Shown here one piece after another: positions 1 to 10,686 of a DNA stretch of 64,000 nucleotides. The stretch comes from Octopus sinensis. Taxonomy: Eukaryota. Below the pieces are notes generated by a model. It was not told where the DNA came from, made no database searches, and saw only the letters and a list, made by a program, of their open reading frames with translations. The DNA lies in assembly GCF_006345805.1 (NCBI RefSeq), contig NC_043004.1, forward strand, positions 75,144,001 through 75,208,000, in the 5' to 3' direction. The stretch's first letter is position 1; the number at the start of each line of letters is the position of its first letter. The translations under genes were made by a program, and so were the position numbers.

Positions 1-700
1 ATAAACCACTAGTTAAAGAGTAATATAAACGAATGACATAAAAAGTATGTGATAGTACCAGCAGATAAAGCAGCAGGGAATTTTGTAGTATTTTGTAAAA
101 AATATTACATGATGGTTGTAGGTGAAGAGTTAAGAGAGGTTAAGGAATTTAAGTTTATAGGTAATAACACATACAAAGTTATACCAGAAAACGTTAAGGG
201 GAAAGTTAATAGACTTATACCCTCAGTAGAAAGACTGAGTAGTTTAGAAGTGGAAGAAAAGGGATAAAAATATCCCTAAACTTTTGGGGATTAATAAACT
301 ACATAAAGTTCCTTTTAAAAGTAGATTCATAGCAGGAGCTAGTAATTGTACAAATAAACAGCTATCTATATTGGTTAATGAGGCCTGAGAAGTTGTTAGA
401 ACACATTTTAAAAAAATATTGTGATAAAATTTATTACAGTTCAGGAATTAATTATTTTTGGCGTATTAGATCAACTAAGGAATATCTGGATAGACTGAAG
501 AAATGTAAGAAAATTAAGAGTTTGTGTGTGTATTTAGAATGTTTAAGATTAATTTTATTTGCTTACTACTTCACCAATATTGTTTGAGACAACTGAGAAA
601 GAAGTAATTACGTATTATGTCATCAATAGTTAAAACAGTTTTTTGAGTTCCAGTTGACTGAACCTCGTGGTCTGAAAAAACATGTAAGTGTCAATACATT
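1..700 (+). mobile_element. Decayed Penelope-like element (PLE), N-terminal part of the RT region
   Basis: Frameshifted translations give IVPADKAAGNFVVFCKKYY (49-110), IPKLLGINKLHKVPFKSRFIAGASNCTNKQLSIL (~272-373) and FWRIRSTKEYL. These match the PADK..N..F.CK.YY and PKLHK.PYK.RFIAG...C.TK.LS motifs of PLE reverse transcriptases. Confidence 0.7.
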
Positions 701-985
701 GTATTTTTATTACCTTTTAAACAGTTTTATATTTAGCTTTAATCATTGCAAGGTTTTTTTTATAATAATTACAGGTATACTTTTATTAGTTCCTATTTGA
801 TAAAATTTAGTGTTTCTATTAGTGACTGGTAATAGTTTAATATTAAAGCATGTAAAGGTAAAATATAGTAATGAGTATGTAGTTTTTTTATTATTAACTT
901 TTAGATTATAAAATAATGGATTCCACTCATAATTAATTATATTATTTGTTAAATTAAATTCATTTGTGTTTGTTTTGTTTTGGAA

Positions 986-1432
986 ATAATTGAATATAAA
1001 GCTTTCACTTTTATATCAGTAACTATGGAAGACTGGTGGGATTATTATTTGTATGTACTTAAAGATTGGTCGCTATTTAGTTACATAATTTAGGTGTTAT
1101 TGTAGGTTTAATATTAATTTTATTTACCGACATTGGTGTACTTGGGGTTTATGTGTTTCCTTGTTGTAATTTAATTATAAAGTCAGTGTTTAATCCTGTC
1201 TAGAATTAGATTGAATGAATGTGGTTATAAAGATTTCACTTTTATACTATGGAAGGCTGGAGGGAATATTTTTTGCATGGCTTAAAGGAAAGGTCGCTTT
1301 TTAGTTTTATAATTTGGGAGTTGGTTATAGATTTCCTTATTGGATTTATTTACTGATTCTATTGTACATTGGGTAAATGTGTTTCTTGTTGTAGTTTAAT
1401 TAATAGTTGATATTTAATCCTTGCTAGAATTA
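986..1432. repeat. Diverged tandem duplication, ~224-bp period, 2 copies
   Basis: The anchors TTTCACTTTTATA, TATGGAAG, GGTCGCT and TAATCCTG/TAATCCTTG..CTAGAATTA each recur about 220-230 bp apart (taatcc at 1191 and 1415). Confidence 0.65.
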
Positions 1433-1542
1433 AGATGTGGTGATTTCTTGGGTATGTTTGTTCCCAAACAACACTTATTTTAGGGCTTTTGACACCTCCA
1501 GACTGAATGGTACTGCACAGGTCAAAACTATCATGATATCCT

Positions 1543-1570
<28 letters not shown>

Positions 1571-1573
<3 letters not shown>

Positions 1574-1810
1574 GGTATCTGTGTTTGTAACTTTGTGTTT
1601 GTTCCCTCCCACCACCACTCCTGCTTGATAACCAGTGTTGGTTCCATTGGTTTGTTTATGCTCCCGTAACTTAGCAGTTCAGCAAATGAGACCAATAGAA
1701 TGGGTACCAGACTAAAAAAATTAAGTGCTAGTGTTGATTTGTTCAAGTGAACTCTTCAAGGTAGTGCTCCAGCATGGCCACAGTCCAACGACTGAATCAA
1801 GTAAAAGATA
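1571..1810 (+). mobile_element. 3' half of abundant octopus tRNA-derived SINE (OK/OR-type)
   Basis: Homologous to the 3' half of the 24043-24444 copy (CTCCAGCATGGCCACAGTC...GACTGAA.CAAGTAAAAGA). Confidence 0.75.
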
Positions 1811-1841
1811 TTTTGTCTGTAAATATTGAATGTCAACCAAC

Positions 1842-1955
1842 CTGGTTCAGATTTCTGTCCACCCAGTAGACATCATCGTTAAAAACTGTGATCCCGTAAG
1901 GTGAAGGTAGGTTTGTCCGAATATAAGCTCGATTCCCACCACTGAAGGAAATGCG
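1842..1955 (-). CDS. LRP2: LRP2/megalin exon (8th in window), end of YWTD propeller: [38 protein letters not shown]
   Basis: Acceptor TTTGCAG at 1956-57 and donor CAG|GTTGGT at 1841. 114 nt, phase 0-0. Resembles human LRP2 [20 protein letters not shown] (recalled from memory). Confidence 0.9.
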
Positions 1956-2599
1956 CTGCAAACAAAACAAAAGGGGGAAAAAAAGCAAAAACATGTATTT
2001 GCAGTTAAAACACAAATAAAGCTGTTTAAGGTTTTTTGTTTTTTAAATTTGATCCAGGATCACAGAAGTATAAGGAATGGACATGAGAACTTTAACATAA
2101 GGCATCAATGCTATCAAGAACATAGGGCAGGATCCCCTTCAGCTGAGAAGGGCCATGGTTTAAAGGGAGGCAGCCTTATATCAGGAAATACTGGGCTAAA
2201 ATATGAAAGAAGGATCTAGAATGGAACAGGTTTCTTGGTGGAGAGGAGCTATGGGCCTAATTATATTATATATTATTTTATTTTATTAATTGCTGGCAGG
2301 GACACAGTATTTTTTTTTACAACCACAATATCAGGGCCTGTTTAAGACCCATAAAGGCCTTAAGCACTTGAAAGATTTTGGTGCCCCCGTATATACGTAA
2401 TTCAAAATATAAACAACAATAAATCATAAAATGAATTTTATTTATTCTGCTTTTGTAGAAATTTTTTCAGCTCCCTGCCTTTAGTTCCCCATGGAATTAA
2501 CAGCATTCCCCAAGCGGAATGGTATTCATGAAATAAATGAAACTAAAACAATAACAGAACTGGAATCTTAAGTGGTGTAGTTTGTTCACTATGTTAAAT

Positions 2600-2760
2600 A
2601 TGTGAGACTGGTACCAGTGACAGGTAAAAAACACCCACAACACGCTTGGAGTAGTTGGTGTTAGGGACCTGGTACAGCTCATTTGCTTACTGGTTCCGGT
2701 CAAATCATCTAACCCATGCCAGCATGGAAAATGAATACTAATCGATGATTATGATGATGA
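2600..2760 (+). mobile_element. Degraded RTE-family 3' tail
   Basis: AAAAACACCCACAACAC...GTTGGTGTTAGG...AACCCATGCCAGCATGGAAAA followed by (GAT)n. Confidence 0.65.
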
Positions 2761-2785
2761 ATCAAGATATATATATATATATGTA

Positions 2786-3880
2786 TCATCATCATCATCA
2801 TCATCTTTGTTTAACACCCACTTTCCATGATGGCATGGGTTGGATGGTTTGACCAAGGACTGGCAAGCTAGGAGGCTGCACCAGTCTCCAGTCTGATCTG
2901 GCAAGGTTTCTACAGCTGGATGCCCTTCCTAATGCCAACCACACTGAGAGTGTAATAGGTGCTTTTTACAGGCAACTGGCATGGGAGCCAGTCAGGTGGC
3001 ACAGGCATTGACCACACTTGAATGGTGCTTTTTACATGCCACCAGCACTAGCATCAACCACGCTCGAATGATGCTTTTTACATGCCACTGGTTTGCTGGG
3101 TCTTCTCAAGTACAGCATATTTCCAAAGGTCTTAATTGCTTGTCATTGCCTCTGTGAGGACCATCGTTTGAAGGTCATGCTTCCCCACCTCATCCTAGGT
3201 CTTCCTGGATCTACCTCTTCCACAGTTTCCCTCCACTTCAGACATTGACACTTCTTCACACAGCTGTCTTCATCCATATGCAATACATGACCATACCAGC
3301 ACAATTGTCTCTCTTGCATACCACATCTGATGCTTCTTATGTCCAACACTTCTCTCAAGGCGCTTACACTCTGTTATGTATGCACGCTGACATTACGCAT
3401 CCAGCAGAGCATGCTAGCTTCATAGCTGTTCTCACACAGGCTTCATACAGTCTACCTTTCACCTGAGCAAGATGTCTTTTGTTACCAGCAGAGGTAGGAG
3501 CTGTCTGAACTTTGCCCAGGTTATTCTTATTCTAGCAGCTACATCCCCGCTACTGACTTGGTCACCTAGGTAACGGAAGCTATCAACTACTTCTAGTTTT
3601 TTATCCCTGGTATGTGATGGAATCTGTTTTCTGCACACCTTCAGTGTTTATTGCCCCTGTGCCTCTGCCACACACAAAAACTATCTTCCCAGTAAACCTT
3701 CCTTTGACATTGCTGCACCTCCTATATGTCCGTAGTTTACACCAGGTACATCTTATGGAGTTTCTACCTATGCTTTTAAAACAGATCAAGCAGGGCCATC
3801 TACCTGAAGGGATTTGTGGTTTGTCTGCTTTCCTACTTATTAAGACTTTGGATTTTACCATAGTATTGCATTCCTTTTAC
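2786..3880 (-). mobile_element. 5'-truncated RTE LINE: C-terminal ORF remnant plus 3' UTR and (GAT)n tail
   Basis: ORF remnants GRWPCLICFKSIGRNSIRCTWC and LDIRSIRCGMQERQLCWYGHV match the two longer RTE copies. (CAT)n tail at 2786. Confidence 0.85.
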
Positions 3881-3919
3881 TTTACTTTTGTCTTCAATAT
3901 CATTTCCTTTTTATTATTA

Positions 3920-4700
3920 TATGAGGTGGAATCAAAAGGTTTTCAGACTAGTCATGTTTAATAAAAGATAACTTATTTACCTGAGTTTTAACATCGTCTC
4001 CTTCGAAATAATCCCCTTGTGCAGCAATACACTGGTTCCAGTGTTCCTGCCACTTGTGGAATCCAGCTTGGAAGTTTTTTTCTGTGAGTTGAGGAACTTC
4101 TGCGATTCGCTCTTGATCTCAAAGACATTGTTAAAACAGCAACCTTTCAGCTGCATTTTCATCTTGGGGAAGAAATGGAAGACCACAGGGGCCAAATCTG
4201 GTGAATAGGGCAGGTGCAGAAGCAAAACCATGCTGTCTTTTAAACTCGTGGGTGAGAACTCAATGACAGGGTGCATTGCTGTCATAAAGAATCTAATTCT
4301 TTGTGCTCCACAGATCTGGTTCCTTTTGCTAAATGTTCTCCCTCAAACGCTTCAAAACATCACTGTAGGAGTCCTGATTGATGGTCTGGCTCTGGGGACG
4401 AATTCTTCATGCACAATACCATAGATGTCGAAGAAAAAAGCAATGAGCATGCTTTTCATTGAGCTGTGGCTCTGTTCTGCCTTCTTCAGTTATGGAGATG
4501 AAAGGGTCTCCCATTACTGCTTCATCTCCGAGATGTATCTGTAGACTCAACTCACATCACCAGTGATGATCCTCAACATGAAGGATGGGTCATCAGCAGA
4601 ATGATGACAGAGATTTTGACAGACTTTGAAGCAATAGTCTTTCTACTCAGTGCCCAGCAAGTGGGAGTTAAATTTCGCAAAAACATGCAGCATGTTTGAT
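3920..4700 (-). mobile_element. Mariner (Tc1/mariner) transposase relic with one terminal repeat
   Basis: Contains HLPYSPDLAP..FHFFPKMK..LKG..F and RIITGDVS*VY (ITGDETW motif). TA-TGAGGTGGAATCAAAAGGTTTTCAGAC terminus at ~3920. Stop codons and frameshifts present. Confidence 0.88.
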
Positions 4701-4749
4701 TCAGATGTTTTTGATACTACCTCATATACATATATATAATATATATATA

Positions 4750-4911
4750 AATTAGAAAAAAAACACCTTTTATCAGTTCAACAATGAAAAATTAAATTAC
4801 ACCGTCTAGAAAATTACATATTATAGAAAGATTAAATATACGATAAAAAATATAACAATGATTAAGTAATGTGCATTGTTGAAGTGATAAAAGGTTGTTT
4901 TTTTTCTAATT
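4750..4911. repeat. 38-bp inverted repeats embedded in (TA)n; MITE-like or PLE-end structure
   Basis: 4750-4787 is the reverse complement of 4874-4911 at about 35/38 positions, with TA runs on both sides. Confidence 0.7.
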
Positions 4912-5616
4912 TATATATATATATATCATATTTTGTGAAATTTGATTTAGGTCTTCTAAATTGAATTTTTTCCTTTAAGTTTGGAATAATATTCCCTCAT
5001 ATTATTATTATATATATATGCCCATATACATGTATATGTATGTATATACACATATATATATATGTGTGTATGTGTATATACACATATGTCCATACATATA
5101 CATAAATGTGTGTATACCAGCTTGATTTTGATGGTGGATATCTTTAAGGCGATCAGTATTCCATAGATCGCTCTTTGAATGGCAAAAGCAGAAATACAAA
5201 GCATTAACCTGGTATTAATGATTATCTGGCAAAATTCGGCAAAGGTTTAATGAAACTGCTGTGTTTGCTGAGATCAGGAAGAAGCCATGAAAGCAAACTG
5301 TCCTGCATTTTGTTATTTCTTGTGGAAATGAAAGAGGATGCTGCGAAAGAATATTGGTGAACCAACACATAGTATTGCATTCCTTTACGGGAAAAGATAT
5401 CTCAGTCATTTGATAAATAGAGATTGATAAGAGAAGTACCAGATTGAATTATGTCTTCAAGTTGATTGGATCAATTAAAATCCAAGAAGGCTCTACAAGA
5501 ACATGGTTACAGTTCATTGACTGAAGCCAGTAAAAATATAGCATGTTTGAAAAATTCACCCTAAGAAATTTTGGCTGTATAGGAAAATTCACAGTGAGAC
5601 AAATTCACTGAATGGA

Positions 5617-5875
5617 CATCATCAGCATCATCATTGTTTAACGTCCCTTTTCCATGCTAGTACGGGTTGGACGGTTCAACCAGGGTCTGGGAAGCCAGGA
5701 GGCTGCACCAGGCTCCAGTCTGATCTGGCAGTGTTTCTACAGCTGGATGGCCTTCCTAATGCCAAACTCTCCGTGAGTGTAGTGGGTGCTTTTTACGTGC
5801 CACCGGCACAGGTGCCAGGGGAGGCTGGCAGTGGCCACGATTGCTTGGTGCTTTTTACGTGCCACCGGCACAAAA
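5617..5875 (-). mobile_element. RTE-family 3' tail with (GAT)n
   Basis: (CAT)n-GTTTAACGTCC...CTACAGCTGGATGGCCTTCCTAATGCC...GGTGCTTTTTACGTGCCACCGGCAC. Confidence 0.85.
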
Positions 5876-5933
5876 AAATAATACCCACCAGAACAACAAA
5901 AGGTTTTATCAAATTAAATTGATAAGTCTCTAA

Positions 5934-6290
5934 TCATCATCATCATCGTTTAACGTCCGCTTTCCATGCTAGCATGGGTTGGACGATTTTGACTGAGGGC
6001 TGGCGAACCAGATGGCTGCACCAAGCTCCAATCTTGATCTGGCAGAGTTTCTACAGCTGGATACCCTTCCTAATGCCAACCACTCCGAGAGTGTAGTGGG
6101 TGCTTTTTACGTGCCACCGGCACGTGGGCCAGTCAGGCGGTACTGGCAATGACCTTGCTTGAATCTTTTTGCACATGCCACCAGTACAGGTGCCAGTAAG
6201 GCGACGTTGGTAACGATCATGCTCGAATGGTGCCCTTTTATGTGCCACCAGCACGGAAGCCAGTTGGCTGCTCTGACAACGATCAAACAT
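5934..6290 (-). mobile_element. RTE-family 3' tail with (GAT)n and ~65-bp internal repeats
   Basis: Same diagnostic tail as 5617-5875, plus several AAAAAGCACC-type units. Confidence 0.85.
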
Positions 6291-6398
6291 TAAAGAAATG
6301 TTATGTGGTCATTTAAATTGAAATTACTTATGGTGAATTTTCTTACAGCAAAAATGTTTACAATGCAATTTTCTGTCACCAAAAAATAGAAGAATTAC

Positions 6399-6570
6399 CT
6401 GTATAGCATCTATAACGTCATCAACCCAGTAAACATCGTGTGTTTTTATGTCAACTGTGATGTCTAACGGACGATTAATGGCATTTGAGACTAGCACGGT
6501 TCGATTGGTACCATCCAGCAGTGAACGTTCTAGTCTGGCATTGGTTCCTCGAATTGTCCAGTAGAGGTAC
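6399..6570 (-). CDS. LRP2: LRP2 exon (7th): (R)YLYWTIRGTNARLERSLLDGTNRTVLVSNAINRPLDITVDIKTHDVYWVDDVIDAIQ
   Basis: Acceptor TTTCTTAG at 6571-72 and donor CAG|GTAATT at 6398. 172 nt, phase 2-0. Resembles human LRP2 ERSFLDCTNRTVLVS...VYWVDD. Confidence 0.93.
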
Positions 6571-7260
6571 CTAAGAAACATATTGGCAAATATTGGTTTT
6601 GATCAAAGCAAACCACTAACTTTTTGGTCTGTGTTTCTAAGATGTGGTATACAGGGTAACTTACCGGAACATTCCTGATAAATGTATTCATTAACTGGAG
6701 ATCAGCCCAAATGATTTTAGAAATCTAACTCGTGAAACAATGGTATTGTTCAATGGAGAATCAACTAAGTTTCAGAATATTATTTTCCAATGGAATCAGA
6801 TGATATGGCATGGCTGGATGGGATGCTGACAATTGAGTTTAGCTGACTAAGTATTCATCTCATTTTGGGGACAGAAAGCACAGGAGGCACAAACAGAAAT
6901 ATACACATAGAAAGAGATAACGAAAGAGAGAGAGAGTGAGAGTGAGAGAGAGAGAGATAGAGAGAGAGAGACTACACACATAAAGACATAATAACAGTTT
7001 TCACACACATCAACAGAGAGAGAGGAGTGGGCAGAGAAGAAGAGAAACACTAAACGTCTGATGTGAAATCAGAGTTGAATTAATGGTACCAAATAGGTAG
7101 TTGTGAAATGGTGATGCCAAAACATTTCCTTTCCATTTCCCAAAGCTTTGATGACAAAGGTCTTAGCTACACAACTTCCTGGATTTTCTGTTCCTTAATG
7201 TTTTGGTCACTCAATAAATTAGAGTACTTACAACGATGTGTACTTGACTTCTAGGTAAAA

Positions 7261-7337
7261 TAGAGTACATGTAAGGATATAGAGTACATGTAGGGATATA
7301 GAGTACGTGTATGGATATAGAGTACATGTAGGGACAT
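7261..7337. repeat. 19-bp minisatellite, ~4 copies
   Basis: TAGAGTACATGTAGGGATA repeated with single substitutions. Confidence 0.85.
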
Positions 7338-7409
7338 AAGCTATGAACCAAATGGCTCATTAGTGGACAAGTCTAACAGCTGTAATTTTCAGAATTAAAT
7401 ATGATATTG

Positions 7410-7620
7410 GGTCCAAATTTTGGTACAAGGCCAGCAATTTCAGGGAGAGTGGGTAAGTCAATTACATTGACCCCAGTATGCAACTGGTATTTATTTGATC
7501 AGATCTGAAAGGATGAAAGGCAAAGTTGACCTTGGCAAAATTAGAATGCAGAATGCAAAGATGGACGAAATGCTGCCAAGCGTTTTGCTTGGCATGCTGA
7601 TCATTCTGTCAGCTCAATGT
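7410..7620 (-). mobile_element. Short tRNA-derived SINE (second family)
   Basis: GACCCCAGT..AACTGGTA...GAAAGGATGAAAGGCAAAGTTGACCTTGG. Related copies at 25720-25900 (+) and fragments at 23465-23570 and 26180-26250. Confidence 0.7.
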
Positions 7621-8719
7621 CTTTGGGTTAAATATGACATTTGTAGTTATATTGTTTGCTGGATCAGATTAAATACAATGTATGGCTTTACTATTTCTGA
7701 AATCATTATGCATTTCCTGAGACTGTCCAGTTTGGTAAGTAGAGTTAAGAGTTTTGTCTATCAAAATTTGCTATTTGGGCTTCAGTGCCAGCACTTTACC
7801 ACTCAAGCTTTGGCTCTCTCTTTCATAAAACAATATTTATTTAGCAAAAGACTGCAGCAACTACGAAAGAGTTAAAATAAGATCCTCCCTACTTGAAGCT
7901 TCACATACAGCTTCATTATTGGCTGAGTAGACTTTTACTACACTCTAACGAATTCAAGTAGTGCACACACGTTTTCATTTCACTTCCCACATGCTAGTTT
8001 GTCCAATAAATTCATTTTTCCCCCCATTTATTTTAGTCCTTTCCAATGTTACAGGAATTAACATAAAAAAAATGTTATCATATCACTTTTTAAAGTTATG
8101 TCTACAGATTTTCTATAGAAATGGAAGCCAGCACTGAAAATGACGATAATCTTAAAAAGCTATTGAATTGCACTGCTAACACAGATAGGACACAGTATTG
8201 ACTTATGAAGCCTTTAATATGCTTGGTACTAATACAATGGTGGCATAACAAAACACAATGTCTCTATCAGCAATTCATCTTTATCATAGTGTTTTATGTT
8301 TTTTTGGTAGTTTATATTCTTCCACTACAACTTTGGTTTATCAGTTTTGAAATGTGAATAAGTATGACCTCTTTTCAGATTTATAATAAATGGAGTGTCG
8401 GACAGAAATAAAAACACAAATACAGATAAACCAACACATTTGGAGCATAATGGATATATCAGAGTTGTTTATCAAGGTGTGTTAGATGAAAACATTAGTG
8501 TTATGGAAAAATGAGATTATGTGAAATTAATACATTTCCATTTCTTCTGAGAATGTAAATATGAGCTAATGTGCAACTCTCCAAATTTGTTAAAGGGTTG
8601 CATTGGCTGGGAATGAATGAGTGACCTGAGATTAGTTTAGGGACGAAGGGACACATGTGTTGCTTTGAAGAACTGCATCACCTTTGATCCAAAATCAATA
8701 TCCTCCATCATAGGCACAG

Positions 8720-8930
8720 ATGTGGCTATGTGATTAATAAGCTTGCTTCCCATCCAGGTGGTCCTGACTTCAGGATTCCATCCCACTGCAGAGTAACTTG
8801 GACAAGCGTTTTCTAGTGTAGCCCCAACAAATCAAGGCCTTCTTAAGTGAATTTGGTGGAAAGGAACTGAAGGAAGTCTAATGTATGTATGTATGTATGT
8901 ATGTATGTATGTATGTATGTATGTATGCAT
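8720..8930 (+). mobile_element. 5' half of OK/OR-type SINE followed by (TATG)n
   Basis: TGTGGCTATGTGATTAATAAGCTTGCTTCCC...AACTGAAGGAAGTC, homologous to the head of the 24043-24444 copy. Confidence 0.65.
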
Positions 8931-8939
8931 GCATCCCCA

Positions 8940-9780
8940 TCGCCATCATCATCATCATCATCATTATTGAACCATTGCTTTCCATGCTGGTCTGGGTTGG
9001 AATGGTTTGACCGGAGCTAAGCAAAGCCAAGAGCTGTGTCAGGTTCCATTGTCCGCTTTGCCATGCTTTCTACAGCTGGACGCCCTTCCTCATGCCAACC
9101 ACTATACAGAGTGTACTGGGTTCACTGACAGGGTCTCCTACAAGACAAACAAACCTCCCTCTGCTGGGAGAGAGAGGAGTATTGAAGAGAGTGGCTTTGA
9201 GCCAGGTGATGAGGGGTTGGAAGTATGGAGAGACAGAGATAGGTGTGTTGCCGTAGGGGAGACACATGGATACCCCAGCAGGAAAAGAAAAGAAAGGAAA
9301 AGAGAGTTAGAGAGTGAGATAAAGAGAGTGAGAGTGAGAGAGAGAGATGGTGGTGGAGATGCCCCCGAGGGACAGTGGGTGGTGGTGGTAATAAGTGAGG
9401 TTATTTAGGGGCTTGGAGTGGGTGAGTGGGCACTGGGATAGATGTGTCTGTAGCAAGTGATGGAGGGAAATGTAAGAGTGAGTGGGTGGAGGAAGCAGGG
9501 CATTGAGGGTGCTAGCAGATGAGTGAGATGTTAATGATGGAGAATAACAGAGGGAGAGAGAAGGCAGAGAAAGGAGGTGATTGGTGGGGACAGGAGGCAA
9601 GAGAAGATAATGCAAAATGGCATTATCAAGGTGGCGGGGGAGGGAGCTGGGGGTATGTAGTATGTGCTTCTACATCTCTCGGATGACAGAGAAGTGGTGA
9701 GGGTCAGAAGATGAAATGGAGCAGAGAGGATGAAGGCAGTGCTGAGCCCTTGAGTGGAGTCTTGAAAAGATATCATGTAA
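8940..9780 (-). mobile_element. Non-coding element: pyrimidine-rich head plus RTE 3' tail (copy 1)
   Basis: Collinear with 29045-29640 over ~550 bp. The RTE tail (CTACAGCTGGACGCCCTTCCT, (CAT)n) is at the left end. No RT coding sequence. Confidence 0.7.
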
Positions 9781-9793
9781 AGGATATAAATGT

Positions 9794-10095
9794 GGAGGCA
9801 CATGGCCTAGTGGTTAAAGCAGTGGACTCACAGTCAGGGATCGCAGGTTCAAATCTCAGACTGGGCGATGTGTGTGTTTATGAGTGAAACAACTAAGCTC
9901 CACGTGGCTCTGGGAGAAGGTAATGGCGAAACTTCTGCTGACTCTTTTGCCACAACTTCATCTCACTCTTTCCTCCTGCATCTTGCAGCTCACCTGCGAT
10001 GGACCAGCGTCCCATCCAGGTGAGGAACCTATATGCCAAGGAAACCAGGAAACCAGCCCTTATGAGCCGGGCATGGCCCGAGAAGGAGAAGGAAT
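9794..10095 (+). mobile_element. tRNA-derived SINE (third family)
   Basis: Pol III A box TGGCCTAGTGG (9803) and B box GGTTCAAATC (9847), then a body with CCTGCGATGGACCAGCGTCCCATCCAGG and a TATGAGCC...GGC end. Confidence 0.8.
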
Positions 10096-10266
10096 GGATG
10101 TAAATGACACAAGCAAGATTGCTAATTTCCAGTGCTAGTGTAACAAAAAGCAACAATGCAAAACAATTTAAAATTACAATTAACAATTTAAATTACAATT
10201 AACAATTAACAATTTAAAAGTGTGTGTTGATATGAAGGAGATTAAGAAGATTAAGTTTGCTTCTAC

Positions 10267-10402
10267 CTTTTGATTGGATTAACAGTTAAGCCTTGCAGTC
10301 TAAGAGATCTATCTTCCAAAATCACCTTCCGGTATGTGCCATTCAGGCGGGACACTTCTATAAAGCTATCAGTCACCAGACTATTAATATAGTAAAAATT
10401 GC
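10267..10402 (-). CDS. LRP2: LRP2 exon (6th): (G)NFYYINSLVTDSFIEVSRLNGTYRKVILEDRSLRLQGLTVNPIK(R)
   Basis: Not in the ORF track; read by hand. Acceptor TTTTTATTGCAG at 10403-04 and donor AG|GTAGAA at 10266. 136 nt, phase 1-2. Resembles human LRP2 GNLYFTN...IEVLRINTTYRRVLL. Confidence 0.9.
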
Positions 10403-10686
10403 CTGCAATAAAAATGAAATAAATACAGATGAATTAATCAATGGATTTATGATTTCTAATATTCTATCCAAAATCAGAAATTAATAAAAGAGTAAAGTGT
10501 TCTTGTAACTTTCTTCAGAGAAGTCTGTGAGCAAAGTAAAAAGAACTGAAAGAGGCTTGAGTTCAGACAATTCCGTAAACAGATCAGGGAAATATTAATT
10601 CAAAATTAGGCAAAGACTAAACAAAAGAATTTGGATAAACTTGTGATTTAGAATAGTTTTGGAGTTGTTGTTGTTGAATCTGAAAT

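Noticed and set aside
4956-5204. Numerous Y/I/C/V-rich short ORFs here and elsewhere
   Set aside because: Translations of (TA)n, (CA)n and (TATG)n microsatellites.
9794-9870. tRNA gene
   Set aside because: A and B boxes are present but continue into a SINE body without a tRNA acceptor stem or oligo-T terminator; the same applies to the other SINE heads.
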